The notes under the pieces were generated by a model. It searched no databases. It saw only the letters and a list, made by a program, of their open reading frames with translations, and was not told the DNA's origin. Position numbers and translations under genes: made by a program. DNA of 32,000 nucleotides from sequence record CM063639.1; one strand, given 5' to 3'. Below are positions 8,997 through 17,639 of the stretch, piece after piece; the stretch's first letter is position 1, and every line of letters starts with the position of its first letter.

Positions 8997-9363
8997 AATA
9001 TATCTATATTATATATAAATATAATTAAAAATTAAAAAAAAAAAATTACTATTTTTTGATTAGTAAACTGTATTAATAAAAACTTTTTTTTATTAGAAAG
9101 TGTAAAAAGTTATGAATAAAATAATAAAAAAAACAAAGTTTTTGTGAACTTTACATTGTTTAAAAAAAAATAAAATTTGTTTACTAGCAAAGCAAGCCTG
9201 TAGCTAGCTTTGCTAGCAAAGGCTAGTTTATAAAAAACTTTGTCTTTGTTAAACAAAATTTTGTTTTGTCTTACTTCTAGCAAAGCAAGCCTGCGGTTAG
9301 CTTTAGTAGCAAAAGCAGGCTTGTTAATAAAAAACAAAGTTTTTTTATAAATTGCCTTGCTTT

Positions 9364-9512
9364 GTTATAAAAACAAAATTTTTATTAGCAAACGGTAAGC
9401 AATTATTGTACAAACTTCGTTTGTACAATAGTTGCCAACCTTACTTCGTTAGGCCTTTGCTAGCAAAACTAGCTACAGGCTTGCTTTGCTAGTAGTTGTA
9501 CAAATTTTTTTA
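9364..9512 (+). repeat. 149 bp perfect inverted repeat, left arm (composite L+B+A+tail), flanking ycf4
   Basis: All 149 positions were checked by hand and are the exact reverse complement of 10790-10938. Confidence 0.93.
9394..9454 (+). repeat. SDR family B copy, core isoform 2
   Basis: Identical to 4829-4889. It is part of the 149 bp inverted repeat 9364-9512. Confidence 0.92.
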
Positions 9513-9863
9513 TTGACAAAAATATAGTAACACAAAACGTTTTCTGTTGACCTTGCTTTATTTACAAGCAAGGCAAACAGAAAACGTTTTTTTGCTTTAT
9601 TTCTATTTCAACAAAACGTAAACTGCTTATATGGTAAAGAAAATTTTTACAAATACAAACTTGTTAAAAGACAAAAATTTTTTTTACCGAATCGTCAAAA
9701 ACCTAAAAAATTGCTAATTTTACTTTTTGAAATTTCTTTGCAAAGAAAGAATTTTAGAAAAACTATATTTAATATAAATCAAATTTATTTAAAAATAATT
9801 TATTCTCATAGAAATGATTAATTCTTTTAAGTAGGCTTGCTTTGCTAGTAAAAATTAAAAAAA

Positions 9864-9896
9864 TTAGTCTTATATAATCTTATATAATAAGACTAA
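9864..9896 (-). terminator. ycf4 3' stem-loop (10 bp stem) starting 2 nt after the stop codon
   Basis: ttagtcttat (9864-9873) pairs with ataagactaa (9887-9896). Confidence 0.5.
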
Positions 9897-9898
9897 AA

Positions 9899-10468
9899 TT
9901 AAATTTCTTGCAAAGAAACTTGTAAAAATTTTGCTAACTCAGCAGCTTGCTTTTCTATTTCTTGTAAAGTAATAGGTTGTCCTATGCGAGTTATTGGAAT
10001 ATCACGTTTATTTTTAATGCATAAAGAAATAGTACGTTTTGGATTAAACCCTTGTTTAAACTCAACCTTAATAGCGTTTACATCTTCAATATGGTAAAAT
10101 AAATCAATACGTCTATTTTTTCCTGGAAAGCCCCATCTAAAAATACGTATAATTCCGTCTTTTTTATTAAACTCATTGAAGCCACTTCCTATACTGGAAA
10201 ATAAGGTAAACCCTAAAAAAAAACTAAAAATAAGCCCAAAAATTCCATAAAAACACATAACCAATCCTTGCGGAAAAAATTGAATATTTGTAGAAGTAAT
10301 AAAAGGAAAAATATTAAATTTTAAATAGCTAGAAATTCCGGTTAACAAAAAACCTAATCCACCAGAAAAAATGCTAATTGTCCACCAATAATTACTAAAA
10401 CGACGTGAACCCACTATAGTATATCTACGAATTAAATCAGATTGTTGAGTTTGATAAAAATTTACCAT
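9899..10468 (-). CDS. ycf4: photosystem I assembly protein Ycf4
   Basis: 189 aa ORF with ATG start and TAA stop. IRRYTIVGSRRFSNYWWTISIFSGGLGFLLTGISSY plus a second transmembrane segment and a conserved C-terminal half match Ycf4. Confidence 0.94.
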   Translation of the reverse strand: MVNFYQTQQSDLIRRYTIVGSRRFSNYWWTISIFSGGLGFLLTGISSYLKFNIFPFITSTNIQFFPQGLVMCFYGIFGLIFSFFLGFTLFSSIGSGFNEFNKKDGIIRIFRWGFPGKNRRIDLFYHIEDVNAIKVEFKQGFNPKRTISLCIKNKRDIPITRIGQPITLQEIEKQAAELAKFLQVSLQEI

Positions 10469-10789
10469 AAATTATATATTCCATTTAAACTAGCCTTTGG
10501 TAGCAAAAATTTTGTAGCAGAGCAATTACTAATTAAATTACTTAATACAAAATTTTTTTTGCTAAATATTTTAATTTTTAAAAAAAAAGAACACTAGTTA
10601 TGTTATTTATAAAAAATAATTGTAAATCACATTTGAATAAAAATTTGTCTATAAAAGTCGTTTACTATTAATACATAAAAAATTAAAAGTAATGTTTTGT
10701 TTTAAACATTAAAATTGTTTTTTATGGAATTTATTTTTCATGTAATTTAGTAATATACTAATTTATAACTAAATCGAAATAATGTTAAT

Positions 10790-10938
10790 TAAAAAAATTT
10801 GTACAACTACTAGCAAAGCAAGCCTGTAGCTAGTTTTGCTAGCAAAGGCCTAACGAAGTAAGGTTGGCAACTATTGTACAAACGAAGTTTGTACAATAAT
10901 TGCTTACCGTTTGCTAATAAAAATTTTGTTTTTATAAC
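10790..10938 (-). repeat. 149 bp perfect inverted repeat, right arm, flanking ycf4
   Basis: Exact reverse complement of 9364-9512. The only gene between the arms is ycf4 (9899-10468). Confidence 0.93.
10848..10908 (-). repeat. SDR family B copy, core isoform 2
   Basis: The reverse complement equals 9394-9454. It is part of the inverted repeat 10790-10938. Confidence 0.92.
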
Positions 10939-10940
10939 CT

Positions 10941-11033
10941 GTAAATAAAGTTTTGCTTTATTTACTGACAAGGGTTTTGAGAATCTTTGAAAATTTGTAC
11001 AAGTACAAACTTATTGCAAGCAAAGCTTTTTTT
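10941..11033 (+). repeat. about 93 nt composite (F + tttgaaaatttgtacaagtacaaacttattgcaagcaaagcttttttt); the second direct copy is at 18595-18687
   Basis: The last 48 nt are identical between the copies. The first 45 nt differ at a handful of positions. Confidence 0.8.
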
Positions 11034-11210
11034 CTTAGAAACTCGATGTAAAAAAACTTCGTTTTTATGTATCAATAGCGTTGCTTTTGTTAGCAAAGCT
11101 AGCTTCACGCTTGCTTTGCTAGTTAATAATACACAAAAATTCTAGTTTTGTATACACATTTTTATGTATCATTTTATTTATAAAATTTGTAATTTGCTAT
11201 AATAGTATTT

Positions 11211-11564
11211 TTAATTAAAACGTTCTTTAAGCCGTATACTTTTCCCGATACGTGATCGTAAATAATATAATTTGGCTTTTTTAACTTTAGCACGACGCAC
11301 AACTTCAATATTTTGTATTAATGGAGAATGAATAGCAAAAACTCTTTCAATTCCAATGTTTTGAAAAATACGTCTTACTGTAATAGTAGTACTAATGCCC
11401 GCTTTATGTTGAGCAATTAGTGTTCCTTCATATGGTTGAATTCTTTGTTTAGTACCTTCTTGAATTATTAGTCCTATTTTAACAGTATCACCAATACAAA
11501 TTTCCGGAAGCTCGGTTTTAAATTGCTGTTTTTCAATGTTGTATACTAATTCTTTTAATTTCAT
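11211..11564 (-). CDS. rpl19: ribosomal protein L19
   Basis: 117 aa ORF with ATG start and TAA stop. GDTVKIG..IQEG.KQRIQPYEGTLIA....G...TITVRRI..NIGIERVF.IHSP.I..IEVVRR.KV.KAKLYYLR...GK..RLKE aligns along its whole length with bacterial L19. Confidence 0.94.
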   Translation of the reverse strand: MKLKELVYNIEKQQFKTELPEICIGDTVKIGLIIQEGTKQRIQPYEGTLIAQHKAGISTTITVRRIFQNIGIERVFAIHSPLIQNIEVVRRAKVKKAKLYYLRSRIGKSIRLKERFN

Positions 11565-11743
11565 AGCTGTTTTACTTTTTATATATATTTTAATTTTTTT
11601 ATGTGAAAAAAGTTTTAAATTATTAGTTTTTTTTCTACTTTATAGAATAAAATATTTTCTGTGTTATTGGAATACGTTTGTATTTGAACATAGAAAATTT
11701 CTACAAGTACAAATTTGTTCGACGTTTAAAATCAATAAAATTT

Positions 11744-11797
11744 GCCTTTGTAATATTTTTCACACAAATGTGTGAAAAATATAACAAAACTAGCTTC
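11744..11797 (+). repeat. SDR family J composite (about 54 nt) around the palindrome tttttcacaca-aa-tgtgtgaaaaa
   Basis: The sequence is gcctttgtaatatttttcacacaaatgtgtgaaaaatataacaaaactagcttc. The second copy, inverted, is at 18249-18303, with the central aa/tt flipped and 3 substitutions. Confidence 0.85.
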
Positions 11798-11833
11798 TTT
11801 TTGCCTTGCAAAGCAAGGGTTCGGAAAACCTTT

Positions 11834-11856
11834 GAAAACAAGCTTTGCTTGTTTTC
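11834..11856. repeat. SDR family E: 23 nt hairpin gaaaacaagc-ttt-gcttgttttc, usually followed by ttagggg
   Basis: Copies: 991-1013, 4702-4724, 7062-7084, 11834-11856, 12135-12157, 14177-14198, 14404-14426, 15463-15485, 15775-15797, 16687-16709, 20661-20683, 21864-21886, 24050-24072. Confidence 0.88.
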
Positions 11857-12194
11857 TTAGGGGCTTGTCAATAAAAAACCTTGTTTTTTTATAGGCTAAT
11901 CCAAATACAAACTTGTGGAAAGCTTTGCTTTTTTTTTATTGACATACAACGAACTTTTATGTTTAAAACTAAAGAGTTCAAAAACTTACAAATTTTACTT
12001 AGCTACTTAATTGATAAATTATTTACTTTTTGTTTTTGTCACTACTGCTAAAATAGCATGTAAATTTATTTTTTTGAAATTTATACAACTACTAGCCTAT
12101 AAAAAAACAAGGTTTTTTATTGACAAGCCCCTAAGAAAATAAGTTTTGCTTATTTTCTAGCAAAGCAAGCCTGAAGCTAGCTTTGCTAGCAAAG

Positions 12195-12255
12195 GCCTAA
12201 CGAAGTAAGGTTGGCAACTATTGTACAAACTTCGTTTGTACAATAATTGCTTACC
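12195..12255 (-). repeat. SDR family B copy, core isoform 3 (T / cgaag / G)
   Basis: The reverse complement is ggtaagcaaTtattgtacaaacGAAGtttgtacaataGttgccaaccttacttcgttaggc. Confidence 0.92.
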
Positions 12256-12389
12256 CTTTGCTACTAAAAACTTTGTTTTTATAACAAAGCAACGGAAAGT
12301 TCGTCGAATCTTTGCTTATATTTCAACAAAGTTGAAATATTAGCACGGTAAAAAGAAATAACACAAAATTTTGTTTTGCTTTTGCTAGT

Positions 12390-12403
12390 CCAACAAAGGC
12401 AAA
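12390..12403 (-). repeat. motif M: (cc/gg/ag)aacaaaggcaaa, usually fused to the 3' stem of family A
   Basis: Copies: 1389-1402 (4 nt from the rps19 stop), 12390-12403 (30 nt from the tufA stop), 14709-14722 (39 nt from the rps7 stop), 4677-4690 and 15819-15832. Opposite orientation: 29788-29801, and as cctttgttgg at about 1329-1338, 14625-14636 and 15587-15600. Confidence 0.6.
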
Positions 12404-12433
12404 CTGATTGTTTGATGAATAAAAAACAGTTTA

Positions 12434-13669
12434 TTATTCAATAATAGTAGAAACAATTCCTGCTCCAACGGTTCTTCCTCCTTCACGAATAGCGAATCTC
12501 ATTCCTTTTTCAATTGCAATTGGTTGAATAAGTTCTACTATCATTTTAATTCTATCACCGGGCATTACCATTTCTACTACTTGAGTATCACTTTTATCGT
12601 CTGGTTGAAAAGAATCAATTTTTCCTGTCACATCAGTTGTACGAACATAAAATTGAGGTCGATATCCAGAAAAAAATGGTGTATGTCTTCCACCTTCTTC
12701 TTTTTTAAGCACATATACCTGTGATTCAAATTTAGTATGCGGCGTAATACTACCTGGTTTTGCTAATACCATTCCTCTTTCAATATCGATTTTTTGAATA
12801 CCACGAAGTAAAACACCTACATTATCTCCAGCAACACTTTCATCTAAAGTTTTTTGAAACATTTCTAAACCTGTAACAGTTGTAGTTTTAGTGTTTCTTA
12901 AACCTACAAGTTCAATAGTTTCACCTACTTTAATACTTCCTCGTTCCACTCTTCCTGTAGCTACAGTTCCACGCCCAGTAATTGAGAAAACATCCTCAAC
13001 TGCCATCAAAAATGATTTATCCATATCTCTTTCTGGAGTTGGAATATATTCATCAACTTGCTGCATAAGATCATAGATCTTATCTACCCATTTATTTTCT
13101 CCACGTTTAATTTGTGGATTTTCACTTAATGCTTCAAGCGCTAACAAAGCTGATCCAGAAACAATAGGAATATCATCTCCTGGGAATTCATAACTATCTA
13201 AAGTTTCACGTACTTCTAAGTCGACTAATTGTAATATTTCTTCGTCATCTACTTGATCTTCTTTATTTAAAAAAACAACAATGTTAGGCACACCTACTTG
13301 TTTTGCTAATAAGATATGCTCTTTAGTTTGTGGCATTGGACCATCAGCTCCTGATACAACTAAAATAGCTCCATCCATTTGCGCTGCACCTGTAATCATA
13401 TTTTTTACATAATCAGCGTGACCTGGGCAATCCACATGAGCATAATGACGTGTTTCAGTTTCATATTCAACATGAGCAGTATTAATTGTAATACCTCGTG
13501 CTTTTTCTTCAGGTGCAGAATCAATATCAGCATATTTTCTACCTTTCCCGCCCCAAGATGTTAATGCCATTGTAATAGCTGCTGTTAATGTAGTTTTTCC
13601 ATGATCAACATGTCCAATTGTGCCAATATTTATATGCGGTTTTTTACGTTGAAATTTCTCACGTGCCAT
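12434..13669 (-). CDS. tufA: translation elongation factor Tu
   Basis: 411 aa ORF with ATG start and TAA stop. GTPase motifs [17 protein letters not shown] and NKED/SAL are present, and similarity to EF-Tu runs the full length. Confidence 0.99.
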   Translation of the reverse strand: MAREKFQRKKPHINIGTIGHVDHGKTTLTAAITMALTSWGGKGRKYADIDSAPEEKARGITINTAHVEYETETRHYAHVDCPGHADYVKNMITGAAQMDGAILVVSGADGPMPQTKEHILLAKQVGVPNIVVFLNKEDQVDDEEILQLVDLEVRETLDSYEFPGDDIPIVSGSALLALEALSENPQIKRGENKWVDKIYDLMQQVDEYIPTPERDMDKSFLMAVEDVFSITGRGTVATGRVERGSIKVGETIELVGLRNTKTTTVTGLEMFQKTLDESVAGDNVGVLLRGIQKIDIERGMVLAKPGSITPHTKFESQVYVLKKEEGGRHTPFFSGYRPQFYVRTTDVTGKIDSFQPDDKSDTQVVEMVMPGDRIKMIVELIQPIAIEKGMRFAIREGGRTVGAGIVSTIIE

Positions 13670-14564
13670 GTTTTATTAGTTCCTTAAATGTGTTTAAAAA
13701 ATATTTTTTATTTATTTATTATTGGTAATTACAAAAAAAAATTTTTACTTTATTAACTTATATTTCAATTTTGTTGCTTGCTTTGTTATAAAAACTTCGT
13801 TTTTATTAGCAAAGGGAAATATAAGTTAATAATACACAAAAATTTTATTTTTGTATATCAAATTTGTACAAGTACAAATTTAGTAAACTAGTAAGTTAGT
13901 AAGTTGTATTAAAATAAAGTTATTTCACTTGGTATAAAAATAAAACTTCTATCAAAACAAACCTGCAGTAAAACAAAATGAAGTTTAGTGTTATTGCCGT
14001 TTGCTAATAAAAATTTTGCTTTTTATAACCTGCGTTTGCTAGTAAATAAAGCTTTGCTTTATTTACTGACAAGGGTTCGGAAAACCTTCCGTTGCTTTGC
14101 TTATATTTCCGTTTGCTAATATTTCAACTTTGTTTGTTGTTTTGTTATAAAAACAAAGTTGAAATATTAGCAAACGGAAACAAGCTTTGCTTGTTTTCTT
14201 AGGGGCTTATTTTGGTAGTAAAATAGTAATTTTTTAAATTTAATTTTTTTAGTATTTTACAACATTGATTATCATTTTACAAAATGAAATCTTAAAAAAA
14301 TTAAATTTATAATTTATTGACAACACAAGTTTTATTACTCACCAACAAGTTTATACTTATACTAACCTATAAAAAACTTTGTTTTTTATTGACAAGCTCT
14401 TAAGAAAATAAGCAAAGCTTGTTTTCCGTTTGCTAATAAAAACTTCGTTTTTATAAAAAAGCAACGGGAAGTTCTCCGAACCGTTGCTTTGCTTATATTT
14501 CCGTTTGCTAATAAAAACTTTGTTTTATAACAAAGCAAGAAACAAAGTTGAAATATTAGCAAAC

Positions 14565-14625
14565 GGTAAGCAATTATTGTACAAACGAAGTTTGTACAAT
14601 AGTTGCCAACCTTACTTCGTTAGGC
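14565..14625 (+). repeat. SDR family B copy, core isoform 3
   Basis: ggtaagcaaTtattgtacaaacGAAGtttgtacaataGttgccaaccttacttcgttaggc. Confidence 0.92.
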
Positions 14626-14761
14626 GTTTGTTGGATAAAACTTTGTTTTCTCTTACCGCCGTTTGCTAATATTTCAACTTTGTCTTACTTCAGGCTTGTT
14701 TTGCTAGTAGAACAAACGCAAATTTGTTATAAGCTTAGATTGTTTTCTATTTATTTTTTAT

Positions 14762-15232
14762 TTAAAAACGATATTTCGCAAAAGCTTTATTTGCATCAGC
14801 CATTTTATGGACTTCATTTCGTTTTCGAATAGCATTACCCATATTTTTAGAGGCATCTAAAAATTCACTGCTTAATTTTGAAATCATATTTCGACCAGAA
14901 CGATTTCGGCACGAAGATAAAATCCATCGAATTGCAAGTGCCGTTCCTCTTTCAGGAGTAACATCTAATGGTACTTGATAAGTAGATCCTCCAATTCGTC
15001 TAGCTTTAATTTCTACTAAAGGAGTTGCATTACGCACAGCTTGCTCAATAGTTTTTACTGGGTCTTGCTGCGTAATTTCCTTAATTTGAGTCATAGACTC
15101 ATAAAACATTTTATAAGCTAATGATTTTTTGCCTTTTTTCATTAATTGATTCACAATAATATGAATTAAATGACTATCATAAACTGGATCCGGAGATAAA
15201 AGTCGTTTTTTTGGTGTATATCGACGAGACAT
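14762..15232 (-). CDS. rps7: ribosomal protein S7
   Basis: 156 aa ORF with ATG start and TAA stop. The S7 pattern is present: DPVY.S.L...V.N.LM..GKK.LA..I........I.......P......A..N..P..E...RR.GG..YQVP. It lies between rps12 and tufA as in the str operon. Confidence 0.97.
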   Translation of the reverse strand: MSRRYTPKKRLLSPDPVYDSHLIHIIVNQLMKKGKKSLAYKMFYESMTQIKEITQQDPVKTIEQAVRNATPLVEIKARRIGGSTYQVPLDVTPERGTALAIRWILSSCRNRSGRNMISKLSSEFLDASKNMGNAIRKRNEVHKMADANKAFAKYRF

Positions 15233-15882
15233 AAAAAAGTAAACTCCATTATTTATGTAATATAATTGTTTGCAATGCTTAATTATTTTATTTATTTATT
15301 AAAACTATTTAAATTTAATAAGCTAACTCAATAAAGAATCAATTGATACGTAAAAATTTTATTGATACCATTTGCCTTTGCTAGCAAAGCTAACTTCAGG
15401 CTTGCTTTGCTAGTACAAGTAGTAGCTTATAAAAAAAAGTTTTTTTATTGACAAGCTCCTAAGAAAACAAGCTTTGCTTGTTTTCCGTTTGCTAATAAAA
15501 ATGAAGTTTTTATAACAAAGTAAGGGGAAGTTCCCCGAACCGTTGCTTTGCTTATATTTCAACAAAATTGAAATATTAGCAAACGGCCTTTGTTGGATAA
15601 AATTTTGTTTTCTCTTACCGTAGGCTTATTTTGCTAGAAATAAGACAAAACAGGGTTTTGCTTTTGTTGGCCAAAACTTCTAAACATATAACTTTGTTGT
15701 ATGTCAGGTTTTCTTTGAAAACGTTTTGTCTTACTTCCGTTTGCTAATAAAAACTTCATTTTTATTAGCAAACGGAAAACAAGCAAAGCTTGTTTTCTTA
15801 GGGGCTTACTTTGCTAGTGGAACAAAGGCAAATTAGTGATTAAATTATATTTCAACTTTATTGAAATATTAGTCAATCGTTA

Positions 15883-15936
15883 TATTAAAAAATAGAATAA
15901 TGTATTTTATAAAATACATTATTCTATTTTTTAATA
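15883..15936. repeat. perfect 54 nt palindrome (27 nt arms) downstream of rps12
   Basis: All 27 pairs were checked by hand from the centre at 15909|15910 out to 15883/15936. The sequence is tatattaaaaaatagaataatgtatttta|taaaatacattattctattttttaata. Confidence 0.85.
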
Positions 15937-16092
15937 CAATAACTAAACAATCAATTTAGTAACAATACTTATTGTGTCAATAAATCCAACGCAAACTTTT
16001 TTTAAATAGTTTTTGCAAATTTAAAATAAAATTTTTAGTTTAGGTTTAGTTATAAAAAAGACTAAATTTTTTATAATTAAACTATTTTTTTA

Positions 16093-16464
16093 TTATTTAG
16101 GTTTTTTTACACCATATTTTGATCTGCCTTGAACACGATTTTTTACCCCAACCGTATCTAATGTTCCTCTAACTATGTGATATCGAACGCCAGGTAAATC
16201 TTTGACTCTTCCACCACGAATTAATACTACCGAATGCTCTTGAAGATTATGACCAATACCTGGAATATAAGCTGTGACTTCGAATTTAGATGTAAGCTTA
16301 ACTCTAGCAACTTTTCTTAAAGCTGAATTAGGTTTTTTTGGGGTAATAGTATATACTTTTGTACAAACGCCTCGTTTTTGAGGACATGATTTTAATGCTG
16401 GTGATTTTGTTTTTTTAAAAATAGGTTTTCTTGCAGATCTAATTAACTGTGGAATAGTAGGCAT
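16093..16464 (-). CDS. rps12: ribosomal protein S12 (contiguous, not trans-spliced)
   Basis: 123 aa ORF with ATG start and TAA stop. MPTIPQLIR...[73 protein letters not shown] is canonical S12. Confidence 0.98.
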   Translation of the reverse strand: MPTIPQLIRSARKPIFKKTKSPALKSCPQKRGVCTKVYTITPKKPNSALRKVARVKLTSKFEVTAYIPGIGHNLQEHSVVLIRGGRVKDLPGVRYHIVRGTLDTVGVKNRVQGRSKYGVKKPK

Positions 16465-17335
16465 AATAAAGGTATATTTAATTTTATTAATTTTTATAAT
16501 AATAGCTATAAAAAAAATAGAGCTAACAAAAATACAAAGCTAATAAATTTGACTTTGTTGAACAAAACGAAGTTTTGTCTTGCTTCCGTTTGCTAATATT
16601 TCAACTTTGTTTCTTGCTTTGTTATAAAAACAAAGTTTTTATTAGCAAACGGAAATATAAGCAAAGCAATGGTTCAGAGAACCTTTGAAAACAAGCAAAG
16701 CTTGTTTTTTTAAGGGCTTGTCAATAAAAAAATAAAATTTTTTTATAGGCTAGTATTTTAAAAAATTTATTAGATTATTGTAATAATTATATAGTTAATT
16801 AAAACAAACATTTTTTTGCTAATATTTTAACAAAGTTGAAATAGAAGTAAAGCAAAAGCAACTTGTCAGTTTTAAGATACAAAATTTATCAGTTTAATAT
16901 TTTTATTAACCTTATTTTATTATTTTTATCAAGTAAGCAATATTCAACTTATTTTTAACTTTAATATTGTTATTTTAAAAAACTTAAAATAAAAATATTA
17001 AAGTTAAAAATTTTTTGTTTTTACCGACATAATTTCTAAATGAAAAAATTTTATTTCCTGGCTTTTTTTATTTTTGTTAGTTTGCTGAATAAAACTTCAT
17101 TTGTAGAAACAAAGCAAAGTTTTAATTGTTTTTTTCAATTTAATACTAATATTAATTCAATAGTCAAATTTAGCTTACATCAAAAATTACAAATTTTGCG
17201 TAGGTAAATATAATTATATCAAAGATTAATTATACAATCAAAAATAGAGAATTTTAAAAAAAAATATTTAACTATTATTTTTAGTTAATAAAAAAATTTT
17301 AAATTACAAAATATTCATTTTATAAAAACTATTAT

Positions 17336-17407
17336 CTCCCCAGGTAGGACTTGAACCTACGACAAATCGGTTAACAGCCGATCGCTCTACCACTGAGCTA
17401 CTGAGGA
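17336..17407 (-). tRNA. trnN-GUU: tRNA-Asn (anticodon GUU)
   Basis: The reverse complement is TCCTCAGTAGCTCAGTGGTAGAGCGATCGGCTGTTAACCGATTTGTCGTAGGTTCAAGTCCTACCTGGGGAG. All four stems pair and the anticodon loop is CTGTTAA. It is very close to the standard plastid trnN. Confidence 0.95.
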
Positions 17408-17446
17408 CAGATTAATTATATATCATATATAGTATATATATATATA

Positions 17447-17488
17447 TTAATGTTACAAATAAAAATTAATTAATATTTGTAACATTAA
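17447..17488. repeat. hairpin (15 bp stem, 12 nt loop) between atpE and trnN
   Basis: ttaatgttacaaata-aaaattaattaa-tatttgtaacattaa. Confidence 0.6.
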
Positions 17489-17639
17489 CTTTATTAATAA
17501 AAAATTTAGCAATAGCAAATTGCTATTAATTTTTTTTTACTTTGTTGCTAGCATTTAAGTTTTATTGGTAAAATAATTGACAAAAATAAATTTTTTTCTA
17601 AACAAAAAAAATTTTTTTTAATTATTAATTAATATTTAA

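Noticed and set aside
9110-9337. 75 aa ORF containing AFATKANRRLALL and AFASKASYRLALL.
   Set aside because: The internal duplication is the translation of two family A hairpins (9184-9216 and 9277-9309). The same explanation applies to the other intergenic track ORFs: 3223..3408, 7332..7532 (VLFKQ x3 from the 15 bp tandem repeat), 14484..14669, 21233..21448, 21276..21536, 21730..21951, 29663..29884 and 30585..30845.
9364-10938. Interpretation of the composite repeats as MITEs or transposons, with terminal inverted repeats around a cargo.
   Set aside because: There is no transposase or integrase ORF anywhere in the window. I could see no target-site duplications at the repeat ends. The arms are mosaics of modules that also occur independently. 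Recombination or conversion explains them better, though element mobility by an unknown mechanism is not excluded.
11678-11860. ORFs 11678..11860 (+) and 18190..18390 (-) share the peptide AFVIFFT(Q/H)(M/L)CEKYNK(T/A)SF, which looked like a small conserved gene family.
   Set aside because: Both read through the same family J composite repeat (11744-11797 and 18249-18303). The similarity ends at the repeat borders, and the rest of each ORF is other repeat families. ORF 11536..11775 overlaps the rpl19 start on the opposite strand and is likewise AT/repeat driven.
12524-13564. ORFs antisense to real genes or out of frame within them. These are 12524..12724, 12891..13076 and 13379..13564 in tufA; 2223..2423 in rpl2; 19671..19916 and 19917..20099 in atpB; 23150..23344 in rbcL; 25057..25254 and 26345..26584 in psaB; 27777..27974 and 27920..28141 in psaA; and 31084..31461 and 31515..31703 in chlB.
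   Set aside because: Each lies within a strongly conserved, full-length gene. They have low-complexity or odd composition, no recognisable homology and no start context. Shadow ORFs of this kind are expected.
17040-17207. Unlisted 55 aa ORF (MKKFYFLAFFIFVSLLNKTSFVETKQ...) with a hydrophobic N-terminus, lying in the rps12-trnN desert. I considered it as a small photosystem or cytochrome subunit.
   Set aside because: It does not match any small plastid protein I know (psbI/J/K/L/M/T/X/Z, petG/L/N, psaI/J/M, ycf12). The second half is N/F/K low-complexity sequence, as expected from AT-rich DNA. It has no SD or conserved context.
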